A DNA stretch of 64,000 nt, from positions 10,553 to 74,552 of the forward strand of contig CAAFLY010000061.1 of NCBI GenBank assembly GCA_900763885.1. Reading direction: 5' to 3'. Numbering within the stretch: position 1 is the first letter of the stretch; every line of letters starts with the position of its first letter. A program made the position numbers and the translations under genes. The notes under the pieces are model-generated. The model saw only the letters and a list, made by a program, of their open reading frames with translations. It made no database searches and was not told the origin of the DNA. This DNA comes from Clostridia bacterium. GTDB lineage: Bacteria; Bacillota; Clostridia; Oscillospirales; CAG-272. This document shows, in pieces, positions 1-9,096 of this stretch.

Positions 1-957
1 GTACTTGCCAATCTGTATGCGAAGAAGCCGCTTGAAGAAGTTCTGCCCATGCTCAAGGGAATGGGTGTGGAGGCGGTAGAGATCGGCTGCGGCGGTTATC
101 CGGGCAAGGATCACTGCGATCCCGAGGTGCTCCTGAATGACGACGCAAAGCTGAAACAGTGGCTCGATCTGTTTGAAAAATACGACATCGAGCTTGCCGC
201 GCTGTCGTGCCATGGCAATCCGGTCCATCCCGATCCGGCGATCGCTGCCGCTTATGATAAGGACTTCCGCAACGCCGTGCTCCTCGCCGAAAAGGTCGGA
301 GTAGACACCATCGTGACCTTCTCCGGTTGTCCGGGCGATCATCCGGGCGCGAAATATCCGAACTGGGTCACCTGCCCGTGGCCGGAGGACTTCTTAGCCG
401 TTCTTGAATACCAGTGGAACGAGGTCCTCATCCCGTACTGGAAGGAAGCCTGCGCGTTTGCGGAGGCACATCACGTCAACCGGATCGCGCTGGAGCTCCA
501 TCCCGGCTTCTGCTGCTACAACACGGAAACCCTTCTGAAGCTCCGCAAAGCGGTAGGTCCCGTGATCGGCGCGAACTTTGACCCGTCCCACCTCATCTGG
601 CAGGGCATGGAGCCCGCAGCGGCCATCCGTATGCTCGGCGACGCGATCTACCACGTACACGCCAAGGATACCAAGATCGACGAAATCAACAAGGCGCGCA
701 TCGGTGTGCTCGATACCAAGCATTACAGCGATGAAGCCAACCGCGCATGGGTGTTCCGTGCTGTCGGATACGGTCATGACGCCGCGTACTGGAAGGATAT
801 CATGGACAATCTCCGTTTGGTCGGCTATGACCGCGTGCTCTCCATCGAGCATGAGGACAGCCTGATGTCCATCGATGAAGGTCTGTCCAAGGCGGTGGAA
901 TGCTTAAAGACCGTCATCATGCACGATCCGAAGCCGGGTACCATGTCCTGGGCATAA
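1..957 (+). CDS. sugar phosphate isomerase/epimerase (xylose isomerase-like TIM barrel), 5' end outside window
   Basis: Frame 1 is open from nt 1 (VLANLYAKKPLEEVLPMLKG...), so the 49..957 ORF is cut by the window edge. The translation (ALELHPGF, FDPSHLIWQG, HVHAKD, SIEHED) looks like AP-endonuclease-2/xylose-isomerase-like TIM barrels. Confidence 0.7.
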   Translation, partial: VLANLYAKKPLEEVLPMLKGMGVEAVEIGCGGYPGKDHCDPEVLLNDDAKLKQWLDLFEKYDIELAALSCHGNPVHPDPAIAAAYDKDFRNAVLLAEKVGVDTIVTFSGCPGDHPGAKYPNWVTCPWPEDFLAVLEYQWNEVLIPYWKEACAFAEAHHVNRIALELHPGFCCYNTETLLKLRKAVGPVIGANFDPSHLIWQGMEPAAAIRMLGDAIYHVHAKDTKIDEINKARIGVLDTKHYSDEANRAWVFRAVGYGHDAAYWKDIMDNLRLVGYDRVLSIEHEDSLMSIDEGLSKAVECLKTVIMHDPKPGTMSWA

Positions 958-1094
958 TGACCGCCCCATTCACCAGCGATTCCATCGTTCCGATCTGGAT
1001 CGCTGTCGGTGTGTCCGGCGCCGCAATGGTGGCCTGCGTGATCCATTTTGTCGTCCAGAAGCTCCTTGCACGCCGGAAAAAGCGAGAAAAATAA
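957..1094 (+). CDS. hypothetical 45-aa single-pass membrane peptide
   Basis: The ATG overlaps the upstream TAA (TAATG). The product MTAPFTSDSIVPIWIAVGVSGAAMVACVIHFVVQKLLARRKKREK has one hydrophobic helix plus a basic tail, and a terminator follows directly. Confidence 0.35.
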   Translation: MTAPFTSDSIVPIWIAVGVSGAAMVACVIHFVVQKLLARRKKREK

Positions 1095-1145
1095 AAAAAC
1101 GCGAGGGATTTCGATTCGTGATGAATCGGGTCCCTCGCCTTTTTG
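1093..1145. terminator. bidirectional intrinsic terminator
   Basis: GCGAGGGA (1101-1108) pairs with TCCCTCGC (1131-1138). It is flanked by an A-run on the left and a T-run on the right, between convergent genes. Confidence 0.7.
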
Positions 1146-1156
1146 TGGCTCTCCGC

Positions 1157-1666
1157 TCATTCCGCGCCGCCAAAACCGCACAGCAGAACGCCGTTATCGA
1201 TCTCCAGAACCGCGTAACGCGGCTTGTATCCGCTGCCTGCCGCACCGGGGTTGATGAGACGCACCGATTTGCCGTAGATGGTGTCCATACGTGTATCCTC
1301 GGCGACATGGGTGTGACCGAACAGCACGACATCCGCTCCGGCTCTGGCTCCGGCATTCGCGGCGGTTTCGAGATCGTTTTTGACCTGCAGCCGATGGCCA
1401 TGCGTCGCGAAGAAGGTGACGCCGCCCTCCGTAAATACCTCGGAATAGGGAATCGGCGGATGGGCTCCGAACAGCACGTCCTCTCCGTTTCCGGCAACCT
1501 GCGTCGTCGGGATGTCCGGGTACCGCTCACGAAGCAGGGAAAAATCGCGATAACCGTCGCCTAAGTGGACGATCCGCGCGACCGGACCGGCGGCGACATG
1601 GGCTTTCACGGCGTTGAGCATGGCTCCCGGATTGCCGTGTGTATCGGAAAAAACGAGGATCTTCAT
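1157..1666 (-). CDS. YfcE/MJ0936-family metallophosphoesterase
   Basis: Internal start MKILVFSDTHGN with an AGGAGG RBS. The motifs DTHG, GDGYRD, THGH and GHTH are typical of calcineurin-like phosphodiesterases. The longer 310-aa ORF has no RBS support. Confidence 0.8.
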   Translation of the reverse strand: MKILVFSDTHGNPGAMLNAVKAHVAAGPVARIVHLGDGYRDFSLLRERYPDIPTTQVAGNGEDVLFGAHPPIPYSEVFTEGGVTFFATHGHRLQVKNDLETAANAGARAGADVVLFGHTHVAEDTRMDTIYGKSVRLINPGAAGSGYKPRYAVLEIDNGVLLCGFGGAE

Positions 1667-1807
1667 ATGCTTTGCCTCCTTGGCGTCTTTTGTGTATCGC
1701 GGACTGCGAAAAGCCGTGCGCACCGAATGAAAACGCGGCGCATACACTGCAAAATGACGGTAGAAATATCGTGCAAACCGCACTGTACAACAGGGGAGGG
1801 TGATACG

Positions 1808-2020
1808 ATGAAGCTGGATCGGAAAACCATCGACGGATTTCTGCGCCTGCCGGACGATAAGCTGTGGCAGCTCATCCGACTGCTTGCCGGACCGAATACG
1901 TCCCTCGGGGAGCCGAACGCGGAAATGCTGGGAAAGCTGCGCGCGGTACTCACGGCACTGACCGAAGCGGATCTCGAACGGATCGACGCACTGCGCGCTG
2001 TATGGAAAGATACGAAATAG
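1808..2020 (+). CDS. hypothetical protein (70 aa)
   Basis: ATG at 1808 is preceded by GGGGAGGG. MKLDRKTIDGFLRLPDDKLWQLIRLL... has a coding-like composition and is followed 12 nt later by the next gene. I recognise no family. Confidence 0.5.
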   Translation: MKLDRKTIDGFLRLPDDKLWQLIRLLAGPNTSLGEPNAEMLGKLRAVLTALTEADLERIDALRAVWKDTK

Positions 2021-2032
2021 GGGGAGAGCGAT

Positions 2033-2440
2033 ATGGATGGAGATCTTACCAAAAAAGTCAGTGAAATCATGGCAAATCCGGAGTTCCAATCGCTGGTACG
2101 GGAACTGCGCGGCGGAGAGGAAATGCCGGATGCGTCGGAAGTCAGCGCGAAGCTGCCGGAGGTACTGTCCACCTTCGGACCGATGCTGTCCGGTCTGATG
2201 GGCAACGCGGGAAAAGGGGATCCAGGCGCGCCGAAACCGGAAGAAACATCGGAAAACGCCAAGCCGGCCATGGCGAAATCCTTCCTCGGCGATCCCGGCA
2301 ACCGCAATCGGCTGTTGACCGCGCTGAAGCCGTATCTCAGTCGGGAACGGGGCGTGCTGATCGACCGTGCCATGTCGGCGATGCAGTTTGGGGAGATGCT
2401 TGGCGGCGCAGGGGAGAAATCCGGTGGAGGTGACGAGTAA
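2033..2440 (+). CDS. hypothetical protein (135 aa), Gly/Pro-rich middle
   Basis: ATG with a GGGGGAGAG RBS. It is co-directional and tightly spaced with its neighbours. No recognisable domain. Confidence 0.55.
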   Translation: MDGDLTKKVSEIMANPEFQSLVRELRGGEEMPDASEVSAKLPEVLSTFGPMLSGLMGNAGKGDPGAPKPEETSENAKPAMAKSFLGDPGNRNRLLTALKPYLSRERGVLIDRAMSAMQFGEMLGGAGEKSGGGDE

Positions 2441-2441
2441 G

Positions 2442-3017
2442 GTGTACGTCAGAGGTCAGAATCGCGGACTCGACGATCCGGGACAGGGGAGCTATCGGAT
2501 CCCGCCCGGATACCGGGGAAACGCCTTCCCAGGGCCGGAGGATGTAAAGGTTCACACGCCGCAGATCTATTCCCGTGGGAGAAATCCGGTGCGCACAGAG
2601 CACACGCAGGGTATGAAAGTCTACTCGCCGCGCCAAAGGGATATGGAGACGGATCCGCCATATCGGAATGATGTCGAGGAGCCCATTGCGGCGCAGGAAG
2701 CGGATTATGCAGAGCCGGATGTGCCATACGACACGGATATTGCCGCAGGATCCACCGATACAGCCGCTCCCCTATGGGACACGATGGCGGAGCCTTCCGC
2801 GGAGGAGGGAAATGTTGCGGCAATGACGCAGGATCCGTACAGCGGCAGGCACGCGGAGGGAAATCGACTGCTCGGCGAAGTCTTTTCCGCGTTGTTTCGG
2901 AATCTGCGCCGGGAGGATTGGCTCCTTGTGGCACTGCTCGCTCTGTTTCTTCTCGACGGGAGCGCGTCGCCGGATGTTCTGCTCCTCCTTGCCGTCCTGC
3001 TCGCCTATCGCGCATAA
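2442..3017 (+). CDS. hypothetical tail-anchored membrane protein
   Basis: GTG at 2442 lies 2 nt after the upstream stop, with GGAGG upstream. The C-terminus WLLVALLALFLLDGSASPDVLLLLAVLLAY is a TM segment. The start is uncertain (an alternative ATG lies further in). Confidence 0.4.
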   Translation: MYVRGQNRGLDDPGQGSYRIPPGYRGNAFPGPEDVKVHTPQIYSRGRNPVRTEHTQGMKVYSPRQRDMETDPPYRNDVEEPIAAQEADYAEPDVPYDTDIAAGSTDTAAPLWDTMAEPSAEEGNVAAMTQDPYSGRHAEGNRLLGEVFSALFRNLRREDWLLVALLALFLLDGSASPDVLLLLAVLLAYRA

Positions 3018-3112
3018 GACCGGACCAGGTCACAGGCGGATGCTACGGGGAATACTGGCGGGAACACGATTCTTGCGGTACGATCAATGGCTGTGCTGCA
3101 CAAATCAGCCTT

Positions 3113-4171
3113 TCAATCGGCCTTTTCCTGTTCTTCCGGGATGGCGGCGAGGGTCCGGCGTACCTCCGGCAAAAGGGCGGCGGCACGACATAGCGGTTCA
3201 CTGTATTTGAAATCGAGCGTTTCCCAGTCCTCCGTGCCGCAGTCGATGGTGAACGAAAAACAAAGCCCGCCCTCCACAGCCTCTGCGGAAAACGGCAGTG
3301 TATGCGTGTGAAGAAGATACTGGATGTAGTAAAGGAGACTGCGATGGCGCGGTGTGGCGTCAACCAGCGGTGTGATGCTGTCGCGGAGCCAGAGTATATC
3401 CGGAATTTGCGCGGATCTCGCCCGGAAGGAAATGGTGATCTCGCCGCCGCGCCGGATCAGTGTGCCGTAGAGTGCAAAATCCGCGTCCGCTATCCGATAG
3501 AGGTATAGGTGGAGCGCAAAGAGCAGGTACACAAAGGGCTTCACGGCAAGACGGACGGTGTATTCATCCCGTGCATCCGGCGGCGGCAAAAGGAGCGAAA
3601 GCGGCACATCGCGGTACAGAGGTTCATCGCCGATCGTTTTTCCGAACCAGTCGAATAAGGCGGTGAGATCGGTCCGACAGGGGGCGTCCGCGGCGCAAAT
3701 GCCGTCGTTCCCATATAGCGGTAGAAATGGGGATGTTTCCGCAAAGACCGATTCCGGCTCCCGCTGCAGCGCGTCACGCCATTCCGGGATCGCAGACAAA
3801 GCGGTATCCAACAGCGGCAGGATCCTGTGTGCGTAGGGGGAGGTTTTCGCGTACAACTCCGCCGTACTTGTGTAGAGCGTCGCGCGGATGGTGCCGTCCG
3901 TAGCCTTTTCGAAAAACGCGGCACGGAAAAAGTAAAACGGACGGAGGGACAACAGCAGTTCATTCTCCGCCGGATCGTCCGACACTGCGGCGGCACAGAA
4001 CGCGCGCAGCGTATCGCGGTCCGTAGGGGAAAGCGCGCTGTAGAACCGTGCGGTAAACGCCGTCATCCCCTCTCCGGTATCCGCGTCCGGAATTCCGGAA
4101 AAAAGCGGGGAATCCGAGACGGACACGATCGATCCGTCCGGCGCGAAATAGAGCTGTGGCTTCGCTGTCAT
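3113..4171 (-). CDS. hypothetical cytoplasmic protein (352 aa)
   Basis: ATG at 4171 (MTAKPQLYFAPDG) has GGAGG 6 nt upstream. The ORF could extend to a TTG at 4243 that overlaps the upstream stop. No family recognised. Confidence 0.55.
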   Translation of the reverse strand: MTAKPQLYFAPDGSIVSVSDSPLFSGIPDADTGEGMTAFTARFYSALSPTDRDTLRAFCAAAVSDDPAENELLLSLRPFYFFRAAFFEKATDGTIRATLYTSTAELYAKTSPYAHRILPLLDTALSAIPEWRDALQREPESVFAETSPFLPLYGNDGICAADAPCRTDLTALFDWFGKTIGDEPLYRDVPLSLLLPPPDARDEYTVRLAVKPFVYLLFALHLYLYRIADADFALYGTLIRRGGEITISFRARSAQIPDILWLRDSITPLVDATPRHRSLLYYIQYLLHTHTLPFSAEAVEGGLCFSFTIDCGTEDWETLDFKYSEPLCRAAALLPEVRRTLAAIPEEQEKAD

Positions 4172-4239
4172 ATTGTCCTCCATTGTCCATGGCTGCCCCG
4201 GCGTATGGGCAGACCGGATCTGTTTTTGCCATAGCCGTA

Positions 4240-5499
4240 TCAATACCAGGAATTGCCGTCCGTGCGGTAGGAGAGATCCTCCGTTTCCGGTGCGGTTTCC
4301 GCCGGCTGCTCTGTATTGCCATCTCCGGACGAGGAGGTTTCCGTCGAACGGGTGACGGCGTAGGGATTGACGCGGCTCTTTATTTCCGGGGTGGTTTCGG
4401 ATTCGGCCTCCGCGGGAATCACGGGGATCACATCGTCCTCATCCTCTTTGGGTACCGTCATCGCGTCCTGCAGTGCATCCGCAGTGACCTCGCGCGCGTA
4501 TTGTCTGTTGGTGATTCCGAGCGCATCGAGAACCACGCTTTGCGCCGCCAGCAGAGAAGGCTCGCCGCCCAGATACACGCGCATATTGTACACCTGAAAG
4601 CTTCCCTTGAGGGAGCGGCAGATCGTTTCCATGGTCATGGCGCCGTCCCCTTTGGTGGAGATGGGCGCGTCGGTCAGATCGATCGCTAAAAAATCGACTG
4701 CGGATGCCGTCATCTGCACCTGCTTGGCGTAGGCTGCCTCGATGTAGACCGTATGCGGCAGAAGCGCGCCGATGGTCCCATTGTCCCCGACCTCTTCCCG
4801 GACATGTTCCAGATAGGTGCGGGCGTAATTGATCGCGTCGGTATCCGCGTCACGGTCGGTCAGTCCGCAGAACAGCACCTCATCGGCGCCCATGGCGAAC
4901 AGCTCTCTGGCGATTGTGCCGTCGAGGATCGCTGCCGCTTCTGCGTTGAGCGTACTGAGGGAAGCTTCAATCCGCACGGATAGCCGGAGATTTTCCGCCT
5001 TTATCGCGTCGCATAGGATGGACAAGCGTCTGTATACACTGTCGCCCGTGATCTCCGCGGTGTCGAGCGGCTGATGGAGGAGTGTGAGCAGTGTCGGCGA
5101 GGTGTAGTAGTACCCATCGGCGTCGTTCACGGCGAGGGATATGGTATCGTAGGTCTCGGCAAGCGATCGCAGACGGAGGATAAGCGCGTCCTCCGCGTCG
5201 GGGGTAAGTCCTGCCTCGGTCCGCCGGATCCAGTCGATGGCACAGGCGTTGACGATCAGCGTGGAGTACTGTTCCGTATCCGTATCGGATTCCATTTCGG
5301 CATCCTTGCGGGACACTGCGTTGCCGGACGGAGGCTTCAGGCTGTCCAGCGCATCCGACGCCGCCTCCACATGCCGTTTCAGGAGATTGCCGGTGAGGAT
5401 GGCAAGTCCGAAAATCGCGGCGGCGCAGAGAATCACAAAGAGGATCTTCAGAAGCACCGCTTTTGCTTTTTGATTCGCTTTTCGCCGGTAGTACCGCAT
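4240..5499 (-). CDS. hypothetical N-terminally membrane-anchored protein with acidic C-terminal tail
   Basis: AGGAGG RBS. The N-terminus MRYYRRKANQKAKAVLLKILFVILCAAAIFGLAIL is a signal anchor, followed by a roughly 300-aa extracytoplasmic domain of unknown family. Confidence 0.6.
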   Translation of the reverse strand: MRYYRRKANQKAKAVLLKILFVILCAAAIFGLAILTGNLLKRHVEAASDALDSLKPPSGNAVSRKDAEMESDTDTEQYSTLIVNACAIDWIRRTEAGLTPDAEDALILRLRSLAETYDTISLAVNDADGYYYTSPTLLTLLHQPLDTAEITGDSVYRRLSILCDAIKAENLRLSVRIEASLSTLNAEAAAILDGTIARELFAMGADEVLFCGLTDRDADTDAINYARTYLEHVREEVGDNGTIGALLPHTVYIEAAYAKQVQMTASAVDFLAIDLTDAPISTKGDGAMTMETICRSLKGSFQVYNMRVYLGGEPSLLAAQSVVLDALGITNRQYAREVTADALQDAMTVPKEDEDDVIPVIPAEAESETTPEIKSRVNPYAVTRSTETSSSGDGNTEQPAETAPETEDLSYRTDGNSWY

Positions 5500-5527
5500 G
5501 GCGTGCCTCCTTTCCGGCAGAGAATTC

Positions 5528-6547
5528 TTATTCCATGGTAAAGATGGAGTATTTATCCAGCGCGGGGAGACGCTCGATGGTCAGACCCGCGGCATAGGTT
5601 TCCAGACGGATGTTGTATAAGGCGCTGTAGTATTCCGTGCGCAGATCGTCATAATGGCTTTTCAGATACGCGTCGTCCTTTTCGTACCGCTTGATGATGC
5701 TGTATCCCGCGTCGGAGTGGACGATCCCGCTCGTTTCCCCCACGGCGAGTGAAAACGCCGCTTCCTCAAATTCGGGATGGCGCGTGCCTTTGGCGATATA
5801 GTATCCGTCATCGTTGTTGAACAGATACAGATCCTGCCCGTACTCGTGGATCAGCGTGTCAAAATCCGCGCCGGATTCCACCAGCCGATAGATCTCCTCG
5901 ATTTTCGCACGGTTTTCCTCATCGGAGCTGCCATTTGTCGCGGAAATGAGGATCTGCTTCACACGGATGATCTCATCGGAGGCAAAGATCGGCTGCAGGG
6001 TCTCCTCGCCGTCCGGAAACTCCCCCGCGTTGTACATGGCAAAAAACAGCTCGTCCGCCAGAAGATCGTTCCGGATGAGAAAACGGTACACGCTGTCCGT
6101 CATATGCGCCTCGGCCAGATTTTCCCGGTACAACGCCATGTCGTCCGCGTACTGCTCATACAGCTCCTCCATCTTCTGATCGAGAGCCTTGGCGATCACA
6201 TCGTCGTCCGGCGCAATATCGTACTGCGCACATAGGGACTGGGTGGCGTAGAGATTGATGATCGTCTCATCCACATGCTCGTTCAGCCGCTCATGGAATG
6301 CGCTGCCCTCCGCGCCGTCCCAAATGGCGGTATCGCCGCCCGCCTCCGCCTCATACTGCGCCTTGTAATTGAGGGCGACATAGCGGTATATCTCGTAGGG
6401 AACGTCGATCCCGTCCACGGTCATGACAGGCGTTTGTTCCTCTTTGGTGCTTTTCAGCTTGGCGGTATCACTGCCGCATCCGCCTAAGAGAAGCGCGGTG
6501 GCAGCGGCGAGACCGATTCCGAGCGTCAGAATTCGTTTGCAGTGCAT
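5528..6547 (-). CDS. prsA: PrsA-like peptidyl-prolyl isomerase lipoprotein (parvulin domain)
   Basis: Start MHCKRILTLGIGLAAATALLLGGCGS (lipobox LGGC) with a GGAGG RBS. The C-terminal half (IRVKQILI...GYYIAKG...GYSIIKR) is parvulin-like. Confidence 0.75.
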   Translation of the reverse strand: MHCKRILTLGIGLAAATALLLGGCGSDTAKLKSTKEEQTPVMTVDGIDVPYEIYRYVALNYKAQYEAEAGGDTAIWDGAEGSAFHERLNEHVDETIINLYATQSLCAQYDIAPDDDVIAKALDQKMEELYEQYADDMALYRENLAEAHMTDSVYRFLIRNDLLADELFFAMYNAGEFPDGEETLQPIFASDEIIRVKQILISATNGSSDEENRAKIEEIYRLVESGADFDTLIHEYGQDLYLFNNDDGYYIAKGTRHPEFEEAAFSLAVGETSGIVHSDAGYSIIKRYEKDDAYLKSHYDDLRTEYYSALYNIRLETYAAGLTIERLPALDKYSIFTME

Positions 6548-6773
6548 GGAAAACCTCCGTTTGCGCGATTCTGTGCGGACTCCCGGAGCTGTCTCGCGGG
6601 AATGACGCCGCACATGATGCTACATCTTATAGATTATACTAAAATTCCGTGAATCCCGTATGAACAGCGACAGGGGATTCCGTGAACGAGAGAAGATTCT
6701 GAAAAATCCGTCCTGGAGGAGCGGCAAGGGGGGATTCTCCGGCGTTTCTGCGGTATTATATACAAAAAAGGTC

Positions 6774-6802
6774 TTGCAATCGGCGCGGATTTGTGATATA
6801 CT
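6774..6802 (+). promoter_or_regulatory. sigma70-type promoter for hprK
   Basis: TTGCAA (6774-6779), a 17-nt spacer, then TATACT (6797-6802), about 80 nt upstream of the hprK ATG. Confidence 0.4.
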
Positions 6803-6884
6803 TTTGGTAGAAATTCCAATTATCAAAAAATACCGGACGCTGCCGGATCCATGGATTCTGCCGCGCCGTGACAAATGGTGCAGT

Positions 6885-7826
6885 ATGGACGATTTTACCT
6901 CCCGTGTCGATTTACAGAAGATCATCACCGAAGAAGCCCTGCAGGTTCTCTATACACCGGACGAGCCGTCAAAAATCATGGTATCGAGCTCCGACGTGAA
7001 CCGACCGGGACTCGCGCTTGCCGGATTTTTCGACCAGTTTGACCACAAGCGGATCCAGATTTTGGGAAATGCGGAGAGCATGTATCTCAAAAATATGTCG
7101 GAGGAGCTGCGGCGCGAACGGCTGACGGCGTTTTTTCAGCACAATCCGGTCGCGGTAGTCGCCTCGCACGGCAACAAACCGGATGAGATGATGAACGAGC
7201 TGGCGTCGTATTTTGAGGTGCCGCTTCTGTATACGGAGGAGAACACAAGCGATTTCATGGCGGCTCTCATTGCCTATCTGCACGTACAGCTGGCACCGCA
7301 GATCACCCGCCACGGCGTGCTGGTCGAGGTCTACGGCGAGGGCATTCTCATTACGGGCGACAGCGGGGTAGGCAAAAGCGAGACAGCAATTGAGCTGATC
7401 AAGCGCGGACATCGATTCATCGCGGATGATGCCGTGGAGCTGCGCCGTGTATCCGCAAAGGCCATCGTCGGAACAGCGCCGGAGATTCTCAAATACTACA
7501 TTGAACTGCGCGGGATCGGGATCGTGGACGTACGGCGGCTCTTTGGTATGGGCTCGGTCAAGGCGACGGAAAAGATCGATATGATCATCCATCTGGAGCC
7601 GTGGGTGCAGGGGAAAATGTACGACCGGCTTGGGCTGGACAACGATTTCACGGACATAATGGGCATCAAGATCCCGACAACGACGATCCCCGTCAAGCCC
7701 GGACGAAATCTCGCCATCATTTTCGAGATCGCCGCGATGAACAACCGCCAAAAGAAGATGGGCTACAACACCGCGGAGGAGTTTAATCAGAAGCTCATGC
7801 AGAGTATGGGCGTGACAGAAGAGTGA
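6885..7826 (+). CDS. hprK: HPr kinase/phosphorylase
   Basis: MDDFTSRVDLQKII... has the Walker-like GDSGVGKSETAIELIKRGHRFIADDAVELRR and the LRGIGIVDVRRLFG signature of HprK. The upstream part of the 388-aa ORF is non-coding-like. Confidence 0.9.
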   Translation: MDDFTSRVDLQKIITEEALQVLYTPDEPSKIMVSSSDVNRPGLALAGFFDQFDHKRIQILGNAESMYLKNMSEELRRERLTAFFQHNPVAVVASHGNKPDEMMNELASYFEVPLLYTEENTSDFMAALIAYLHVQLAPQITRHGVLVEVYGEGILITGDSGVGKSETAIELIKRGHRFIADDAVELRRVSAKAIVGTAPEILKYYIELRGIGIVDVRRLFGMGSVKATEKIDMIIHLEPWVQGKMYDRLGLDNDFTDIMGIKIPTTTIPVKPGRNLAIIFEIAAMNNRQKKMGYNTAEEFNQKLMQSMGVTEE

Positions 7827-7934
7827 GACTCTCTTTCTGCCGATGAAACGGCGTGCAGCGCGCCATCCCAGAGACCGGCGAATTTACAATGACCGGCGCG
7901 GCACGAAAAAGTCCCAAATAGGCAAAAACCGAAA

Positions 7935-7966
7935 ATCTCCGGAGGCGAAAAAACCGGAGATTTTTC
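7935..7966 (+). terminator. intrinsic terminator after hprK
   Basis: ATCTCCGG (7935-7942) pairs with CCGGAGAT (7954-7961), followed by TTTTT. Confidence 0.8.
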
Positions 7967-8076
7967 TGTTATGCAGCCGTCGAACGTGGATTTTGTGACA
8001 TATCTCTATCCCGGCGGCGAAATCGTCCGAAAATCTGTGTAAAGGATAGATTTGTATGAACCTATTGGCGAACGGG

Positions 8077-8105
8077 TTGTTTTTGTCTACCCGTTGTGCT
8101 ATAAT
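8077..8105 (+). promoter_or_regulatory. sigma70-type promoter with extended -10 (TGcTATAAT)
   Basis: TTGTTT (8077-8082), a 17-nt spacer, then TATAAT (8100-8105), about 25 nt upstream of the riboswitch P1. Confidence 0.5.
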
Positions 8106-8128
8106 TTACCCATACGGAAAATTGCATG

Positions 8129-8236
8129 ACAGAGTAGATTTTCGGGCGTAAAGTGCCGGCAAAACGGGGAGTTGTTTGTCGGACGAAGGGGTGTGCGATA
8201 CGCATATGCCGCGGTCCGGATTTCGCATCCCGCTGT
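8129..8236 (+). promoter_or_regulatory. THF (tetrahydrofolate) riboswitch aptamer
   Basis: ACAGAGUAGAUUUUCGGGCGUAAAGUGCCGGC...GUCGGACGAAGGGG...GCCGCGGUCCGGAUUUCGCAUCCCGCUGU carries the THF-I cores (AGAGUAGAU, CGUaAAGUG, ACGAAG, GCGG, GCAUCC-GCU) and a closing P1 ACAGAG/CGCUGU. It lies upstream of folT, the classical target. Confidence 0.8.
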
Positions 8237-8283
8237 ACATAGGAAAGCATCCCACAAATGGCGGTGCTTTCACGAAAAAGACA

Positions 8284-8321
8284 ACCGCCGATCGATAAAG
8301 GGTCGGTGATCCGGTTTTTTT
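8284..8321 (+). terminator. riboswitch expression-platform terminator
   Basis: ACCG-CC-GATC (8284-8293) pairs with GATCCGGT (8308-8315), followed by T7. The 5' arm can instead pair with GGCGGT (8261-8266), which is an antiterminator-like alternative. Confidence 0.6.
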
Positions 8322-8462
8322 CGCAGAGCCAAACCCTCTCAAAGATGTTCAGACGTGTTGGAAAGCCGCTGGTTCCGGTTTTTTCGCAAAAGCGCGACGG
8401 ATACAGCGTTTCCTTGGAACTTGTTTCATATTCCGTAAAACGATTTTTGGGAGGAAAAGAAA

Positions 8463-9050
8463 ATGAACGCAAAAACCAAATCGTATGCCCGTGTCCGCAA
8501 AATCTGTGTCGCCGCCATGATGATCGCCGCGGAGGTGGTGCTGAACCGCTTCTGTTCCATCAAAACCGCCGGCTGGAACATCGGGTTCTCCTTTGTACCC
8601 GTGGTTCTGACCGCGATGCTCTATGGTCCCGGGATGGCGGCTGTCGTCGGCGGCCTGGCGGACTTCATCGGCGCGATCCTATTCCCGATCGGCGTGTACC
8701 ATCCGGGCTTCACGATCATCGCCGCATTCATGGGCTTCAACGACGGGATCTTTCTCCATGGCACGGATGTCCATTGGCAGATAGGGCAGAGCGAAATGCG
8801 CTTTGCCGTCCGCTGGAATAAGATTAGCTTCTGGCAGATGCTCATCCCGACGTTATGGAACCATCTCGTCCTCGGGCTGTGCGTCAACACGGCGTGGGTC
8901 AGCATGCTCTACGGCTCCAAAACCTACTGGGGCTGGTTTGTCTACAGACTTCCGCAGCAGGCAATCATGATCCCGGTGACGATGCTCCTTCTCCCGGTGC
9001 TTTGCCGGATCGCCGCACTGGTACGGCCGCGGCTGACGGGTGAGAGATAA
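8463..9050 (+). CDS. folT: folate ECF transporter S component
   Basis: A 195-aa polytopic membrane protein (KICVAAMMIAAEVVLNRF...FSFVPVVLTAMLYGP) resembling the FolT family, with a GGGAGGAAAAG RBS. It sits directly behind the THF riboswitch and ahead of folC. Confidence 0.8.
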   Translation: MNAKTKSYARVRKICVAAMMIAAEVVLNRFCSIKTAGWNIGFSFVPVVLTAMLYGPGMAAVVGGLADFIGAILFPIGVYHPGFTIIAAFMGFNDGIFLHGTDVHWQIGQSEMRFAVRWNKISFWQMLIPTLWNHLVLGLCVNTAWVSMLYGSKTYWGWFVYRLPQQAIMIPVTMLLLPVLCRIAALVRPRLTGER

Positions 9051-9096
9051 AAGGCATCTGTCGAAAAACAGCGCGCTGTGACGGAGGAATGAGAAA

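Noticed and set aside
6660-6884. 75-codon N-terminal extension of the HprK ORF.
   Set aside because: The extension covers a good promoter and has an AT-rich, non-coding composition. HprK homology starts at the ATG at 6885.
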